In this document: one piece after another, positions 36,682 through 47,794 of the stretch
Numbering within the stretch: position 1 is the stretch's first letter
Layout of the letters: each line of letters starts with the position of its first letter
Assembly: GCA_037045455.1 (NCBI GenBank)
Contig: JBAOIN010000006.1
Span: 128,116 to 192,115, forward strand
From: Candidatus Nanopelagicales bacterium
GTDB lineage: Bacteria > Actinomycetota > Actinomycetes > S36-B12 > UBA10799
Length of the DNA stretch: 64,000 nt
Direction of reading: 5' to 3'
Translations under genes and position numbers: made by a program
The notes under the pieces: model-generated
Databases searched by the model: none
What the model saw: only the letters and a program-made list of their open reading frames with translations
Told to the model about the DNA's origin: nothing

Positions 36682-38061
36682 TCAGTCCGGCTGCTCGCCG
36701 CGGAAGAGCGCCCGCAAGCGCTGGACGGCGGCCGCTGCCCGCGCTTCGGCCCCGCGATCGCTGGGCCGGTAGTACTCCCGGTCCACGATCGGCGCCTCGA
36801 CGTAGCGGACCGGGACGAAACCGCCCTCCTCGTGGGGGTAGCGGTAGCCCTTGCCCGCACCCGTGGCGCGCGACGACTTCAGGCTGGCGTCGCGCAGCAT
36901 CGCCGGCACCGGACTGATCCGACCGGCCCGGACGTCCTCGAGCGCTTCGTTGATCGCCACGTACGCGGCATTGGACTTGGGGCTCAGGCACAGGTGGATC
37001 ACCACATGCCCGAGCGTGATCCGGGCCTCGGGCCACCCCACGAACTGGACCGCCTGCAGACCCGCGATCGCCAACGGCAGCGCGCTCGGATCAGCCAGAC
37101 CGATGTCCTCACTGGCCAGGATCACCAGTCGCCGGGCGATGAAGCGAGGGTCCTCACCGCTGTCCACCAGCCGGGCCAGGTAGTGCAACGCCGCATCCAC
37201 GTCACTGCCGCGCACGCTCTTGATCAGAGCGCTGGTGATGTCGTAGTGCAGGTCACCTTCCCGGTCGTACCGGTTGGCGACGCTGGGGATGATCGACCGC
37301 ACGGTCGCCGCGGTCACGTGGGGATCCGGCGAGGCGGAAGCCTCCAGCGACGTCAGCGCCCGGCGGGCATCACCGCCGGCGAACCGCACGATCAGGTCGC
37401 GGGCGTCCTCGTCGAGTTGTACCCCGGGCAGGCCATGTGGATGGTCCAAGGCCCGCTGCAGAACCTGCTCGACCTCCTCGTCGGTCAAGGGCTGCAGTAC
37501 GAGCAACATCGAGCGCGAGAGTAATGGGCTCACCATGCTGATGCTCGGGTTCTCGGTCGTGGCGGCGATCAGGGTGACCCAGCCGTGCTCCACGGCGGGC
37601 AACAGCACGTCCTGCTGGGTCTTGGAGAAGCGGTGGACCTCGTCGATGAACAGAATCGTTCGCTCGCCGTGAGTGCGGCCCAGTTCGCGAGCAGTCTCAA
37701 TGGCGGCCCGCACATCCTTGACACCCGCACTGACCGCAGCCAACGCCACAAACCGTCGTCCCGAAACCTCGGCAGCCAGCCGCGCCAGCGTGGTCTTCCC
37801 CGTGCCCGGCGGCCCCCACAGGATCACACTGGTCGTCGCGTCGGGATCGCTGAGCAGAGCCCGCAGGGGACTGGACTCCCCCAGCAAGTGGGACTGCCCG
37901 ATGACCTCCTCGACGCTGGCTGGCCGCACCCGCGCGGCCAACGGCTCCGCTGGTGCTTGGGAGTCGAAGAGGTCAGGACTCGGGTTCAAAGTCCACGCCC
38001 GCCTCGGCCCGCTGCTCAGCGGTGATCGGGGTCGGTGCTCCGGTGAGCGGATCCTGCCCAC
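36682..38061 (-). CDS. rarA: Replication-associated recombination protein A (RarA/MgsA AAA+ ATPase)
   Basis: Walker [12 protein letters not shown]; [16 protein letters not shown]; C-terminal MgsA domain. The start is uncertain. The ORF start at 38061 overlaps aspS by 89 nt, and the TTG at 37989 (LNPSPDLFD...) is an alternative. Confidence 0.88.
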   Translation of the reverse strand: MGRIRSPEHRPRSPLSSGPRRAWTLNPSPDLFDSQAPAEPLAARVRPASVEEVIGQSHLLGESSPLRALLSDPDATTSVILWGPPGTGKTTLARLAAEVSGRRFVALAAVSAGVKDVRAAIETARELGRTHGERTILFIDEVHRFSKTQQDVLLPAVEHGWVTLIAATTENPSISMVSPLLSRSMLLVLQPLTDEEVEQVLQRALDHPHGLPGVQLDEDARDLIVRFAGGDARRALTSLEASASPDPHVTAATVRSIIPSVANRYDREGDLHYDITSALIKSVRGSDVDAALHYLARLVDSGEDPRFIARRLVILASEDIGLADPSALPLAIAGLQAVQFVGWPEARITLGHVVIHLCLSPKSNAAYVAINEALEDVRAGRISPVPAMLRDASLKSSRATGAGKGYRYPHEEGGFVPVRYVEAPIVDREYYRPSDRGAEARAAAAVQRLRALFRGEQPD

Positions 38062-39706
38062 CGCCGGTCTTCGGGAAAGCGATCACGTCGCGCAGCGAGG
38101 ACGCGCCGGCCAGCAGCATGCAGATCCGGTCCCAGCCGAACGCGATCCCGCCGTGTGGCGGCGGGCCGTACTTGAATGCCTCCAGCAGGAAGCCGAACTT
38201 CTCCTGCGCCTCCTGCTCATCGATACCGAGCACGCCGAACGCCCGCTGCTGCACGTCCTGCTGGTGGATACGGATCGAGCCACCGCCGATCTCGTTGCCG
38301 TTGCAGACCAGGTCGTACGCCCACGCCAGAGCACTGCCCGGGTCCGTGTCGAACGTGGCCACCGAGTCGCTGTTGGGTGAGGTGAACGGGTGGTGCACGG
38401 CCGTCCAGCCCGTGGTCCCGTCATCGAGGTCGATCTCCTCGAACATGGGCGCGTCGATGATCCACACGAACGACCACTGGGATTCATCGATCAGCCCCAG
38501 CCGGGAAGCGATCTCGTCGCGGGTGGCCGCCAGCAGGGCGCGGGCATCGGACGGCTTGCCAGCGGCGAAGAAGATGCAGTCGCCAGGGTTCGCTCCCACC
38601 TTCGCCACAAGGCCATCGCGCTCGGCGTCACTGATGTTCTTGGCCACTGGACCACCGAGCGTGCCGTCCTCCGCGACGGTCACATAGGCCAGACCCTTCG
38701 CGCCGCGCTGCTTGGCCCACTCCTGCCAGGCGTCGAACGCGCGCCGGGCCTGACTGCCGCCACCGGGCATCACGATCGCCCCTACGTAGGGCGCCTGGAA
38801 CACCCGGAACGGCGTCTGGCTGAAGTAGTCGGTGAGCTCGGTGAGCTCGAGGTCGAAGCGCAAGTCCGGCTTGTCCGACCCGTAGCGGCGCATCGCTTCC
38901 CGATACGTCATCCGCGGGATGTCGGCGATCTCGTACCCGAGGATGCCCGACCACAGCGCGCGCACGACGGCCTCGCCGACCTCCATCACGTCGTCCTGCT
39001 CGACGAAGCTCATCTCGATGTCGAGCTGGGTGAACTCAGGCTGCCGGTCGGCCCGGAAGTCCTCGTCCCTATAGCAACGGGCGATCTGGAAGTAGCGCTC
39101 CATGCCCGCCACCATCAGCAGCTGTTTGAACAGCTGCGGCGATTGCGGCAGGGCGTACCAGTGCCCGGGCTGCAGGCGCACGGGGACCAGGAAGTCGCGG
39201 GCGCCCTCCGGCGTGGACCGGGTCAGCGTCGGGGTCTCGATCTCGACGAAGTCCCGTTCCAGCAACACGTCGCGGGCTAGCTGGTTGACCTTCGATCGCA
39301 TCCGTAGTGCCTGCGCCTGCTGCGGCCGGCGCAGGTCGAGATAGCGGTGCCGCAGCCGGGCGTCCTCGCCGACCTCGACGTGCTCGTCGATCGGGAACGG
39401 CAGCGGGGCCGCAGCGGACAGCACCTCGACGTCGGAGGCCACGACCTCGATCTCGCCCGTGGGCAGTTCGGAGTTCTCGTTGCCTTCCGGCCGCGTGCGC
39501 ACAGTTCCCGTGACGCGGATGCAGTACTCGTTGCGCAACCCATGAGCTGCCTCGTCGCGCACGACTACCTGCACAACCCCGGAGGCGTCCCGCAGATCGA
39601 GGAACGCCACCCCGCCGTGGTCGCGCCGGCGTCCGACCCAACCGGCCAGGGTCACCTCCCGCTCGGCGTCGGAGCCCCGCAAGGTGCCTGCAGGTGTGCG
39701 CTTCAC
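37973..39706 (-). CDS. aspS: Aspartate--tRNA ligase
   Basis: The GTG at 39706 overlaps the hisS stop (GTGA). Motifs include [11 protein letters not shown]..., [24 protein letters not shown] and GGGSIRIH. The upstream part of ORF 37973-40033 is out-of-frame overlap with hisS. Confidence 0.93.
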   Translation of the reverse strand: MKRTPAGTLRGSDAEREVTLAGWVGRRRDHGGVAFLDLRDASGVVQVVVRDEAAHGLRNEYCIRVTGTVRTRPEGNENSELPTGEIEVVASDVEVLSAAAPLPFPIDEHVEVGEDARLRHRYLDLRRPQQAQALRMRSKVNQLARDVLLERDFVEIETPTLTRSTPEGARDFLVPVRLQPGHWYALPQSPQLFKQLLMVAGMERYFQIARCYRDEDFRADRQPEFTQLDIEMSFVEQDDVMEVGEAVVRALWSGILGYEIADIPRMTYREAMRRYGSDKPDLRFDLELTELTDYFSQTPFRVFQAPYVGAIVMPGGGSQARRAFDAWQEWAKQRGAKGLAYVTVAEDGTLGGPVAKNISDAERDGLVAKVGANPGDCIFFAAGKPSDARALLAATRDEIASRLGLIDESQWSFVWIIDAPMFEEIDLDDGTTGWTAVHHPFTSPNSDSVATFDTDPGSALAWAYDLVCNGNEIGGGSIRIHQQDVQQRAFGVLGIDEQEAQEKFGFLLEAFKYGPPPHGGIAFGWDRICMLLAGASSLRDVIAFPKTGGGQDPLTGAPTPITAEQRAEAGVDFEPES

Positions 39707-40971
39707 ATCGTCTCCCTCTGGGTCAGGATCTCCCCGACCACCTCGTGCACTGGTATCGCCGACTGCGCTCCGGTCTGCAGATCCTTCATCTGGACCACAC
39801 CGTCGGCCAGTTCCTTCTCTCCCACGATGATGGCCCACCGGGCGCCGGACTTGTCCGCATGTTTCATGGCGCCCTTGAGCCCGCGACCGCCGTAGGCGAT
39901 GTCCACGGGGATTCCGTCGGCGCGGAACTTCCCAGCTAGCACCACGGCATGATCCCGGGCAGCCTCGCCCAGCGGCACCACGTAGACCTCGATCGGCCTC
40001 GCTTGAGCAGGATGCAGCCCTTCCGCCTGACAAGCCAGCAGCGTCCGGTCGGTGCCCAGCCCAAACCCGATGCCGCTCATGTCCGGACCGCCGAGCGACT
40101 CCATCAGCCCGTCGTAGCGGCCGCCGCCGCCGATCCCCGATTGGGCACCGAGCGCCGGGTGGTCGAACTCGAACGTGGTGCGCGTGTAATAGTCCAGACC
40201 CCGCACCAGACGCGGGTTGAGCGTGAACCGCACCCCGAGCCCAGTCAGCGCGTGCTGGACGCGCGTGAAGTGCTCACGGCAGGCGTCACAGAGGTGGTCC
40301 GGCGGAAGCGGTGCGTCGGCGAGCAGCGCCTGCACATCGGGCCGCTTGTCGTCGAGCACCCGCAGCGGGTTGAGCTCGGCGCGCTGCTGCGTCGCTTCGT
40401 CCAAGGGCAGTCCGGCCAGGAACTCCTGCAGCGCAGCGCGGTAAGCCGGCCGGCACTCCCGGCAGCCGATGCTGGACAGGTACAGGCGGTAGCCGCGCAG
40501 TCCGAGCCGGCGGTAGCCCTCGTCAGCGATCGCGATGACTTCGGCGTCCAGCAGCGGGTCGTCCACGCCGATCGCCTCGACCCCGACCTGCTGCAGTTGC
40601 CGGTAGCGGCCCTGCTGCGGACGCTCGGCGCGGAAGAAGGGCCCGGCGTACCAAAGCTTCACCGGCAGCGCACCGCGGTGCAGACCGTGCTGCAACACCG
40701 ATCGCATCACGCCGGCGGTGCCTTCCGGACGCAGCGAGATGGACCGGTCGCCGCGGTCGGTGAACGTGTACATCTCTTTGCTCACCACGTCCGTGCTCTC
40801 ACCGACGCCGCGCACGAAAACTGCAGTGTCCTCGAACACGGGGAGTTCGATGTAGCCGTAACCGGCCAGTTCCGCCGCACGGCCCAGTGTGTTGCGCACG
40901 GCGAGGAAGTCGGCGCTGACCGGCGGCAGATACTCCGGCACTCCCCGCGGGGCCTGCAATGAGTTGCTCAC
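39703..40971 (-). CDS. hisS: Histidine--tRNA ligase
   Basis: 422 aa: PRGVPEYLP..., [33 protein letters not shown]. Confidence 0.95.
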   Translation of the reverse strand: MSNSLQAPRGVPEYLPPVSADFLAVRNTLGRAAELAGYGYIELPVFEDTAVFVRGVGESTDVVSKEMYTFTDRGDRSISLRPEGTAGVMRSVLQHGLHRGALPVKLWYAGPFFRAERPQQGRYRQLQQVGVEAIGVDDPLLDAEVIAIADEGYRRLGLRGYRLYLSSIGCRECRPAYRAALQEFLAGLPLDEATQQRAELNPLRVLDDKRPDVQALLADAPLPPDHLCDACREHFTRVQHALTGLGVRFTLNPRLVRGLDYYTRTTFEFDHPALGAQSGIGGGGRYDGLMESLGGPDMSGIGFGLGTDRTLLACQAEGLHPAQARPIEVYVVPLGEAARDHAVVLAGKFRADGIPVDIAYGGRGLKGAMKHADKSGARWAIIVGEKELADGVVQMKDLQTGAQSAIPVHEVVGEILTQRETM

Positions 40972-41666
40972 AGGCCACGTCCCGGAGCGGGCGTCCCGGT
41001 CAGGAACGGGTTGGTCGCCAGTTCCTGCCCGATCGTGGTCTGCGGTCCGTGGCCAGGCAGAACCACCATCTCCGGCGGCGCCGGAAGCACGACGGCGGCC
41101 AGGGATTGGGTCATCTGCGCCATGTCCCCGCCTGGTAGGTCCGTGCGCCCGATCGAACCGGCGAACAGCAGGTCACCGGAGTACATGATCGGCGGAATGT
41201 CGCCGCTCTCGTCGGTCACGAACACCGTCGAGCCAGGCGTGTGCCCCGGGGCGTGCCGGACCGTGAACTGCAGGCCGGCCAGGTTCAGGACGCCGCCGTC
41301 CTCGAGCAACCGCACGTCATCGGGTTCCGTGAACTGCATCCGCCCGCCTGTCATCTGCGCGAACATGGCTTCAGTGTCCCGGCCCATGCCGGCCAGCGGG
41401 TTGGCCAGCAACGCCCGGTCGTCAGGGTGAATGTAGGCCGGCACGTCGCGCGCTTCGCACACAGGTGTCACCGACCACATGTGATCGAGATGCCCGTGGG
41501 TCACCATGACCGCCACGGGGAGCAGGTTGTGTTCGCGGACCACCTCGTCGACCCCGGCCATCGCGTCCTTGCCCGGGTCGATCACCACGCATTCGGAACC
41601 GCCCGCAGGCGCGACGACATAGCAGTTCGTCCCCCATGGCCCGGCGGGGAATCCGGCGATCAGCAC
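40968..41666 (-). CDS. MBL-fold metallo-hydrolase (glyoxalase II-like)
   Basis: 232 aa with the THGHLDH motif. It lies in the position of the glyoxalase II-like gene next to hisS, as in other actinobacteria. Confidence 0.85.
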   Translation of the reverse strand: MLIAGFPAGPWGTNCYVVAPAGGSECVVIDPGKDAMAGVDEVVREHNLLPVAVMVTHGHLDHMWSVTPVCEARDVPAYIHPDDRALLANPLAGMGRDTEAMFAQMTGGRMQFTEPDDVRLLEDGGVLNLAGLQFTVRHAPGHTPGSTVFVTDESGDIPPIMYSGDLLFAGSIGRTDLPGGDMAQMTQSLAAVVLPAPPEMVVLPGHGPQTTIGQELATNPFLTGTPAPGRGL

Positions 41667-41997
41667 CCGTCAAGGGTATCGGGGGGCAGTCCTGCGATCA
41701 GACCCAGCGCTTGGCGAGGGCATCACCACTGCCGAGTGGGTCCCCACGCTCGCCGTCCGCCAGAAGACCGGAACTGCGCAAGGCCCCATCTCGCAGATAT
41801 CACTTTCTGCGGGTTTGGTCGCATGTGGGTCGCGGCACCTGGGCTATCACCGCGGACAGCCGCGTTTGCCGAGCGCTCGGCGGCATTCTCGGGTGGGGCA
41901 CCGATGCGCAAGTGGCGCCCGCAACGCAGCACTCGTATCGGGTCGCGCTGGCGGGCGGTCCCCCACGTAAACTCGGCTGAGGACGAAGGGGAATCAC

Positions 41998-42819
41998 GTG
42001 GCAACCGAGAAGCGGCGCAAGCAACTGGCGCACGCCAAGGCGCAGCGACAGGCCGAGCGCCGGGCGGAGCGTGCCCGCCGCGCCCGCCGTAACCGCTTGA
42101 TCGGCTTGCTCGCTGCCGCGGCGGTCGTCGTGGGTGCGATCGTCTGGGCGTCCTGGCCGCAGCCGGACGTGACGCCTGCTGCCGAAGAGGCCCTGCCCAG
42201 CGAGGACGTGAGCGCGCCCGCCACCCCCGGCCCCGTGGCAACACCAGCCGGGGTGAAGTGCACTGAGCCCGGCGACGCCCGCAAAGACAGCCGCACCTGG
42301 AAGAAGGCTGCCGACCAGAACCTCAGCGGGCAAGTCACTTGGGTCCTTAACACCAACTGCGGACGCATCACGATCGACCTTGACGCGGACAAGGCACCGA
42401 AGAACGTCAACGCCATCGCGTTCCTCACCGATGAGGGCTACTACACGGGCAACTACTGCCATCGCCTGACGACCGCCGGCATCTTCGTCGTGCAGTGCGG
42501 TTCAGCCGGGTCGGATGGGACCGGTGATGTCGGCTTCACGCTGCCTGACGAGAACCTGCCTGGCAAGGGTGACAACAACTACCCGGCCGGGACCGTCGCG
42601 ATGGCCAATCGGGGCGCAGGCACGGCAAACAGCCAGTTCTTCCTGGTCTACAAGGACTCCACGCTGCCTCCGAACTACACCATGGTCGGCACCATCAGCA
42701 AGGGCCTGGACGTGGTTAAGTACGTTGCAGCCGCCGGAGTTCAGGGGGGATCATCGGATGCGACCGACGGCACCCCCGCCCAGACTCTGCTCATCAAGAC
42801 CGCCCAAATCGAGAAGTAG
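41998..42819 (+). CDS. Membrane-anchored cyclophilin-type peptidyl-prolyl isomerase
   Basis: 273 aa with a GTG start and a basic N-terminus plus TM helix. The cyclophilin core includes FHRLTT-like CHRLTTAGIFVVQCG and GTVAMANRGAGTANSQFFLV. Confidence 0.9.
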   Translation: MATEKRRKQLAHAKAQRQAERRAERARRARRNRLIGLLAAAAVVVGAIVWASWPQPDVTPAAEEALPSEDVSAPATPGPVATPAGVKCTEPGDARKDSRTWKKAADQNLSGQVTWVLNTNCGRITIDLDADKAPKNVNAIAFLTDEGYYTGNYCHRLTTAGIFVVQCGSAGSDGTGDVGFTLPDENLPGKGDNNYPAGTVAMANRGAGTANSQFFLVYKDSTLPPNYTMVGTISKGLDVVKYVAAAGVQGGSSDATDGTPAQTLLIKTAQIEK

Positions 42820-42825
42820 GACACG

Positions 42826-44091
42826 ATGACCGAACAGACCTCCACCCACGGCCCGGCCCCGGCCGAGTCCTTCGGACGGGTCGGCGACGACGGCACGGTC
42901 TTCTTGCGCCTGCCGGACGGCAGCGAGCGGCCGGTCGGGCAGTTCACGGCGGGTACCCATGAAGAGGCCCTGCAGTACTACGCGACGAAGTACCAGGACC
43001 TGACCTCCTCCCTGGAACTGACGGCGACCCGGCTGGCGGACAACAAGTGCTCGCCGCGGGATGCACTCTCGGTGGCCGGCAAGGCCCGGCAAGCACTCGA
43101 GGAGCCGGCGTTCGTCGGCGACATCTCGCTGCTCATGGCCCGGATCGGGCAGCTCGAGGTATTGGCGCATATCCGCCAGCAGATTCTGGATGAGGAACGC
43201 AAGGTCGCCCGCGAGCAGGCACAGCAGGCGCGCGAGGCGATTGTCACCGAAGCCGAGACCCTGGCGACGGCGACCTCGTGGAAGCAGACCGGTGAGAAGT
43301 TCCGGGAGCTCGTTGAGCAGTGGAAGACGCTGCCCAAGCCGACCGCCGAGCAACGCGAGCAGACCGATGCGCTGTGGGAGCGGTTCCGCACCGCCCGGCG
43401 CACGTTCGACAAGGCCCGCAAGGTTGCCCGCGAGGAGCAGGATAAGAAGCGCGCCGCGGCGATCGAGGCCAAGGAAGCGCTGATCGCCAAGGCCGAGGAG
43501 TTGCAGGAGTCCACGGACTGGGGCACCACGGCCGCCGCCTTCCGCGAGCTCATGGAGCAATGGAAGAAGGCCGGGTTCGCGGGCAAGAAGGACGACGACG
43601 CGCTGTGGCAGCGGTTCCGCGCGCCCCAGGAGAAGTTCTTCAACGCCCGCAAGGAGACGTTCAATAGTCGCGACAACGAGCAGAAGTCCAACCTGGCGGC
43701 CAAGCGGGACCTGCTGACCAAGGCCGAAGCGCTGCTGCCGGTCAAGGACGCGAAGACCGCACGGCGGGCGTTCCGGGACATCCAGGGCGAGTGGAATTCG
43801 GTCGGGCATGTGCCGCGTGCGGACAAGCCGAAACTGGACCGGCGGCTGCGGGCAGTGGACGACGCCATCCGGGAGTCCGAGCAGGCGGCCTGGCGGCGCA
43901 GCAACCCGGAGATCCGGGACCGCGCGCAGGGTCTGGTCGATGCCTACCGGGCGTCGGTCCAGAAACTCGAGGCCCAGCTGGCGAAGGCCCAGGAGTCGGG
44001 GGACGAAGGGGCCGTGGCGTCGACCCAGGCGACGCTGGACCAGCAGCGGTTGCTGCTGCAGTCGGCGGAACAGAGCCTCTCGACGCTGTAG
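42826..44091 (+). CDS. DUF349 domain-containing protein
   Basis: 421 aa with repeated W-x-x-x-G-x-x-F/W-R-x-L-x-x-x-W-K units (WKQTGEKFRELVEQWK, WGTTAAAFRELMEQWK, ALWQRFRAPQEKFF). Confidence 0.85.
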   Translation: MTEQTSTHGPAPAESFGRVGDDGTVFLRLPDGSERPVGQFTAGTHEEALQYYATKYQDLTSSLELTATRLADNKCSPRDALSVAGKARQALEEPAFVGDISLLMARIGQLEVLAHIRQQILDEERKVAREQAQQAREAIVTEAETLATATSWKQTGEKFRELVEQWKTLPKPTAEQREQTDALWERFRTARRTFDKARKVAREEQDKKRAAAIEAKEALIAKAEELQESTDWGTTAAAFRELMEQWKKAGFAGKKDDDALWQRFRAPQEKFFNARKETFNSRDNEQKSNLAAKRDLLTKAEALLPVKDAKTARRAFRDIQGEWNSVGHVPRADKPKLDRRLRAVDDAIRESEQAAWRRSNPEIRDRAQGLVDAYRASVQKLEAQLAKAQESGDEGAVASTQATLDQQRLLLQSAEQSLSTL

Positions 44092-44176
44092 CCCGCGTTT
44101 TGTTGCGTTGTCGTCGTTAACGTCGGCGTGTCGCGTCGACAACGCGACACTGCGGGCAACAACACGACAAAACGGC
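44091..44176. repeat. Intergenic GTTGTCGCG-type repeat element with a central hairpin, between convergent genes
   Basis: The sequence reads gcccgc-gttttgttgcgttgtcgtcgtt...gtgtcgcg-tcgacaa-cgcgacac...gcgggc-aacaacacgacaaaac. The central perfect 8-bp hairpin is at 44128-44150. The outer arms are imperfect inverted repeats. Confidence 0.7.
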
Positions 44177-46465
44177 TACACCCGGCGGGCGTCGAACACA
44201 CCCTCCACACTGCGCACACCCTTGAGAACGGTGTCCAGATGCTTGGGGTCAGCCATCTCGAACGTGAACCGTGAGATCGCGATCCGGTCCCGGTTTGTGG
44301 TGGACGTGGCGCTCAGGATGTTCACGTGGTGGTCGGAGAGCACTCGGGTGACGTCTGACAGCAGCCGGGCCCGGTCGAGCGCCTCGACCTGGATGTTGAC
44401 CAGGAACACGCTCTCCGCGCTCGGCCGCCACTGCACCTCGACCAACCGGTCGGGATGTTGTGCCAACTCCGGGAAGTTCACGCAGTCCTTGCGGTGCACC
44501 GAAACCCCGTTGCCGCGGGTCACGAATCCGACGATGTCGTCGCCCGGGACCGGAGTGCAGCACTTGGACAGCCGGATCCAGACGTCATCGGCGTTGGCCA
44601 CCACAACCCCGGGGTCGCCCAGCGGTCCGGAGCGGATCGACGGCGGCGGGGTTTCTTCCTCGGTGTCGTCCGCGGCAGACTCCACGCCACCGCGTCCGGC
44701 GATGAGCCGGTCCACCACCGTGGCGGCGTCGATCTTGCCCTCACCAATCGAGGCGTACAGCGCGCTGACGTCGGACATCCGGTAGTAGGCCGCGATGCTG
44801 AGGAGGTCGGGGGTGTTCAGCAACCGCTGCATCGGCAACGACCGGCGGCGCAACTCGCGCACCAGCGCGTCCTTGCCGTGCTCGAGGGCCTCCTCGCGGC
44901 GCTCGCGGGAGAACCAGGCGCGGATCTTGCTGCGGGCACGCGGGGAGGCGACGAAGTTCAGCCAGTCGCGGGATGGCCCCTGCCCCTGCGTCTTGGAGGT
45001 GAAGATCTCGACAGTGTCCCCGTTGTCGAGCTTGGACTCCAGCGGGACGAGCTTGCCGTTGACCCGGGCGCCGATCGTGCGGTGCCCGACCTCGGTGTGG
45101 ACCGAATATGCGAAGTCCACCGGAGTTGAGCCCGCGGGTAGCGAGATGACGTCGCCCTTGGGCGTGAAGACGAACAGTTCCCCTGTACCGAGTTCATAGC
45201 GAAGGCTGTCCAAGAACTCGTCGGGATCCTCGGTCTCCCGCTGCCACTCCAGCAACTGCCTCAGCCACGCGAACTCGTCGGGGCCGTCGTCCGTACCACT
45301 GCGGCCCTGCTTGTAACGCCAATGTGCCGCGACGCCGTACTCCGCCTGCTGGTGCATCTCCATCGTGCGGATCTGGACCTCGACGGGCTTGCCCTCCGGG
45401 CCGATGACCGTGGTGTGCAGCGAGCGGTAGACGCCGTAACGCGGGCTGGCGATGTAGTCCTTGAACCGCCCCGGCACGGGGTTCCACTTGGCGTGCAGAA
45501 GGCCCAGAACCCCGTAACAGTCAGGGATCGAGTCGACGAGGACACGGACGCCCACAAGGTCGTAGATGTCGGCGAAGTCCCGGCCGCGCACGATCATCTT
45601 TTGATACACGCTGTAATAGTGTTTCGGTCGACCGGTGACCTTCGCACGAATCCGGTTGACGCGCAGTTCCTCGTCGATAAAGCCGATCACCTGACCCAGG
45701 TACTCGTCACGAGACGGCGCCCTTTGTCCGACCAGCCGCACGATCTCGTCGTACATCTTCGGGTACAAGGTCGCGAAGGCCAGATCCTCGAGCTCCCACT
45801 TGATCGTGTTCATCCCGAGCCGGTGGGCCAAGCGGTGCGTAGATCTCCAGCGTTTCGCGGGCCTTCTTCTGCTGTTTGTTCTCGGGCAGCCAGGAGATGG
45901 TACGCATGTTGTGCAGCCGGTCGGCGAGCTTGATGACCAGCACGCGGATGTCGCGGGCCATGGCCACGACCATCTTGCGGACCGTCTCCGCGGCTGAGGC
46001 GTCGCCGTACTGCACCTTGTCGAGCTTCGTGACCCCGTCGACCAGGCGGGCGACTTCGTCGCCGAAGTCCTCCCGCAGCCGCTCGACGGTGTAGCCGGTG
46101 TCCTCGACGGTGTCGTGCAACAGGGCGGCAGCCAGCGTGGTGGGGGTCATGCCCAGCTCGGCCAGGATCGTGGCCACCGCGAGCGGGTGGGTGATGTAAG
46201 GCTCGCCACTGCGCCGTTTCTGCTCGGAGTGCAGGTGGGCAGCCATGACGTAGGCGCGCTCGACCACCAGCTTGTTGGCCTTGGGGTGGAACTGCCGCAG
46301 CGTGCGCAGAAGTGGCTCAAGTTCGGGGACCGTGGTGCGGCTGCTGCCGGTGAGACGGTTCAGCAGTTGCCGGCGGCGGGGCATTTCGTGGACCAGGCTG
46401 GCAGGGGTGATCACCTCCTCCGCCTCGGTCTCGATGCTCTCCTTGGCCACGTCCCACCGCCTCAC
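44176..46465 (-). pseudogene. relA: Bifunctional (p)ppGpp synthetase/hydrolase RelA/SpoT, with one +1 frame disruption as assembled
   Basis: The HD domain is in ORF 45707-46465 ([29 protein letters not shown]...HDTVEDT). The synthetase, TGS and ACT parts are in ORF 44176-45831 ([16 protein letters not shown]...). The junction EIYAPL|AHRLG lies at about 45825-45832. The span is 2290 nt (3n+1). Confidence 0.92.
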
Positions 46466-46554
46466 TTATGGGAGAAGTCTACGGATCGGGCTGGAGTCTG
46501 CCCACCGCCGTCGTCCTTAAGGTCGGCGCTTGCCGGTACTGGAGATTGACCGCG

Positions 46555-46583
46555 CTGCAGCCAATGCCGCGCTTTGGCTGCAG
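46555..46583. terminator. Hairpin in the secF-relA spacer
   Basis: Perfect 10-bp inverted repeat ctgcagccaa-tgccgcgct-ttggctgcag. There is no clear U-tract. Confidence 0.35.
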
Positions 46584-46666
46584 ACGGTCGTCCGGCGCAC
46601 CGCCGGGTGTGAGGATTAACTGCCTCACCACACCGTTTGTTCCTTCAGGCTCGGGCGACCGACGGG

Positions 46667-47794
46667 TCAACTCTTCTTGCGCTGCGAGCGGGACTGCCGT
46701 TTGGGCTGGGCACGGCCGGCGGCGTCCCTGTTCTGCCGGTGCTTGCGATCGGCCGCTGGGGCCAGCCCACCACCACCGGCCGCCACGGCGGCCTTCTCTG
46801 CCGGCTGGTCACCGGTGACTGCTTCGCCGCGCGAGGCCCGACGCTTCATGACTCGCTGGCTCAGCGCCTTCATCGCCGGCTCCCGCTCCTTCATGTCGCA
46901 CAAGGCGGGCGTCGCGACGAAGATCGACGAATAGGTGCCGACCGCGGTCCCGACGAACAGCACGAGCGCCAGGTCCTTCAGCGTTCCGGCACCGAGCAGA
47001 CCGGCCCCGACGAACAGGATGGAGGCCACCGGCAGCAGCGCCACAATGCTGGTGTTGATGGATCTGATGATGGTCTGGTTCAGCGCCAGGTTGGCCAGTT
47101 CGCTGAACGTGTAGCGGCTCTGGCCGGTGATGCCCTGGGTGTTCTCCTTGACCTTGTCGAACACCACGACCGTGTCGTAGAGCGAATAGCCCAAGATCGT
47201 GAGCAGACCGATCACCGTCGCGGGCGTGACTTCGAAGCCAACGATCGCGTAGATACCGGTGGTGATGATGATGTCGTGAGCCAGCGCGATGAGCGCAGCC
47301 ACGGCCATCTTCCACTGGAAGTAGATGGTGAGGAACACCGCCAGCGCGGCCAAGAACACTACGAGCGCGACCGTGGCACTGCGGGTGATCTCGCCACCCC
47401 ACGTCGGCCCGACGTTGCGACTCGAGATCTGATCGGCCGGGACGCCACACGCCTCTGACAGCGCATCCACGATCTTGACGCTCTGCCCCTCGGGCACCGC
47501 CTCGGTCTGAGCGCGGATGTTGTCCGAGCCGATCTCGGTCACCGCGGCGATCTGCACCCCTGTGGAGCCGATGGCATCCCGCGCCTGCTGGATCGTACAG
47601 CTGGTGCTCGGCACGTAGAACTCGCCGCCACCGCGGAACTCGATGCCCAGGTTCAAACCTCGTACGAGGATCCCACCGATCGCGACCAGAATAAGGGCGG
47701 CGGAGACGCCGTACCAGACCTTGCGGCGCCCGACGATGTCGAACGACGCCTCGCCGCGGTAGAGCCTTCCACCCAGATCTCCCAGACGCGACAT
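46667..47794 (-). CDS. secF: Protein translocase subunit SecF
   Basis: 375 aa: FDIVGRRKVWYGVSAALILVAIGGILVRGLNLGIEFRGG... Confidence 0.95.
   Translation of the reverse strand: MSRLGDLGGRLYRGEASFDIVGRRKVWYGVSAALILVAIGGILVRGLNLGIEFRGGGEFYVPSTSCTIQQARDAIGSTGVQIAAVTEIGSDNIRAQTEAVPEGQSVKIVDALSEACGVPADQISSRNVGPTWGGEITRSATVALVVFLAALAVFLTIYFQWKMAVAALIALAHDIIITTGIYAIVGFEVTPATVIGLLTILGYSLYDTVVVFDKVKENTQGITGQSRYTFSELANLALNQTIIRSINTSIVALLPVASILFVGAGLLGAGTLKDLALVLFVGTAVGTYSSIFVATPALCDMKEREPAMKALSQRVMKRRASRGEAVTGDQPAEKAAVAAGGGGLAPAADRKHRQNRDAAGRAQPKRQSRSQRKKS

Noticed and set aside
41667-41997. 330-bp divergent intergenic region between the MBL hydrolase and PPIase genes, as a possible ncRNA or riboswitch
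   Set aside because: I could not identify any conserved riboswitch core, strong hairpin or repeat. ORF 41636-41980 has junk composition. It is left as an ordinary divergent promoter region.
42751-44142. 463-aa minus-strand ORF
   Set aside because: It is antisense to the DUF349 gene, whose repeat structure is clear on the plus strand. The minus-frame product is Leu/Arg/Gly/Pro-rich junk.
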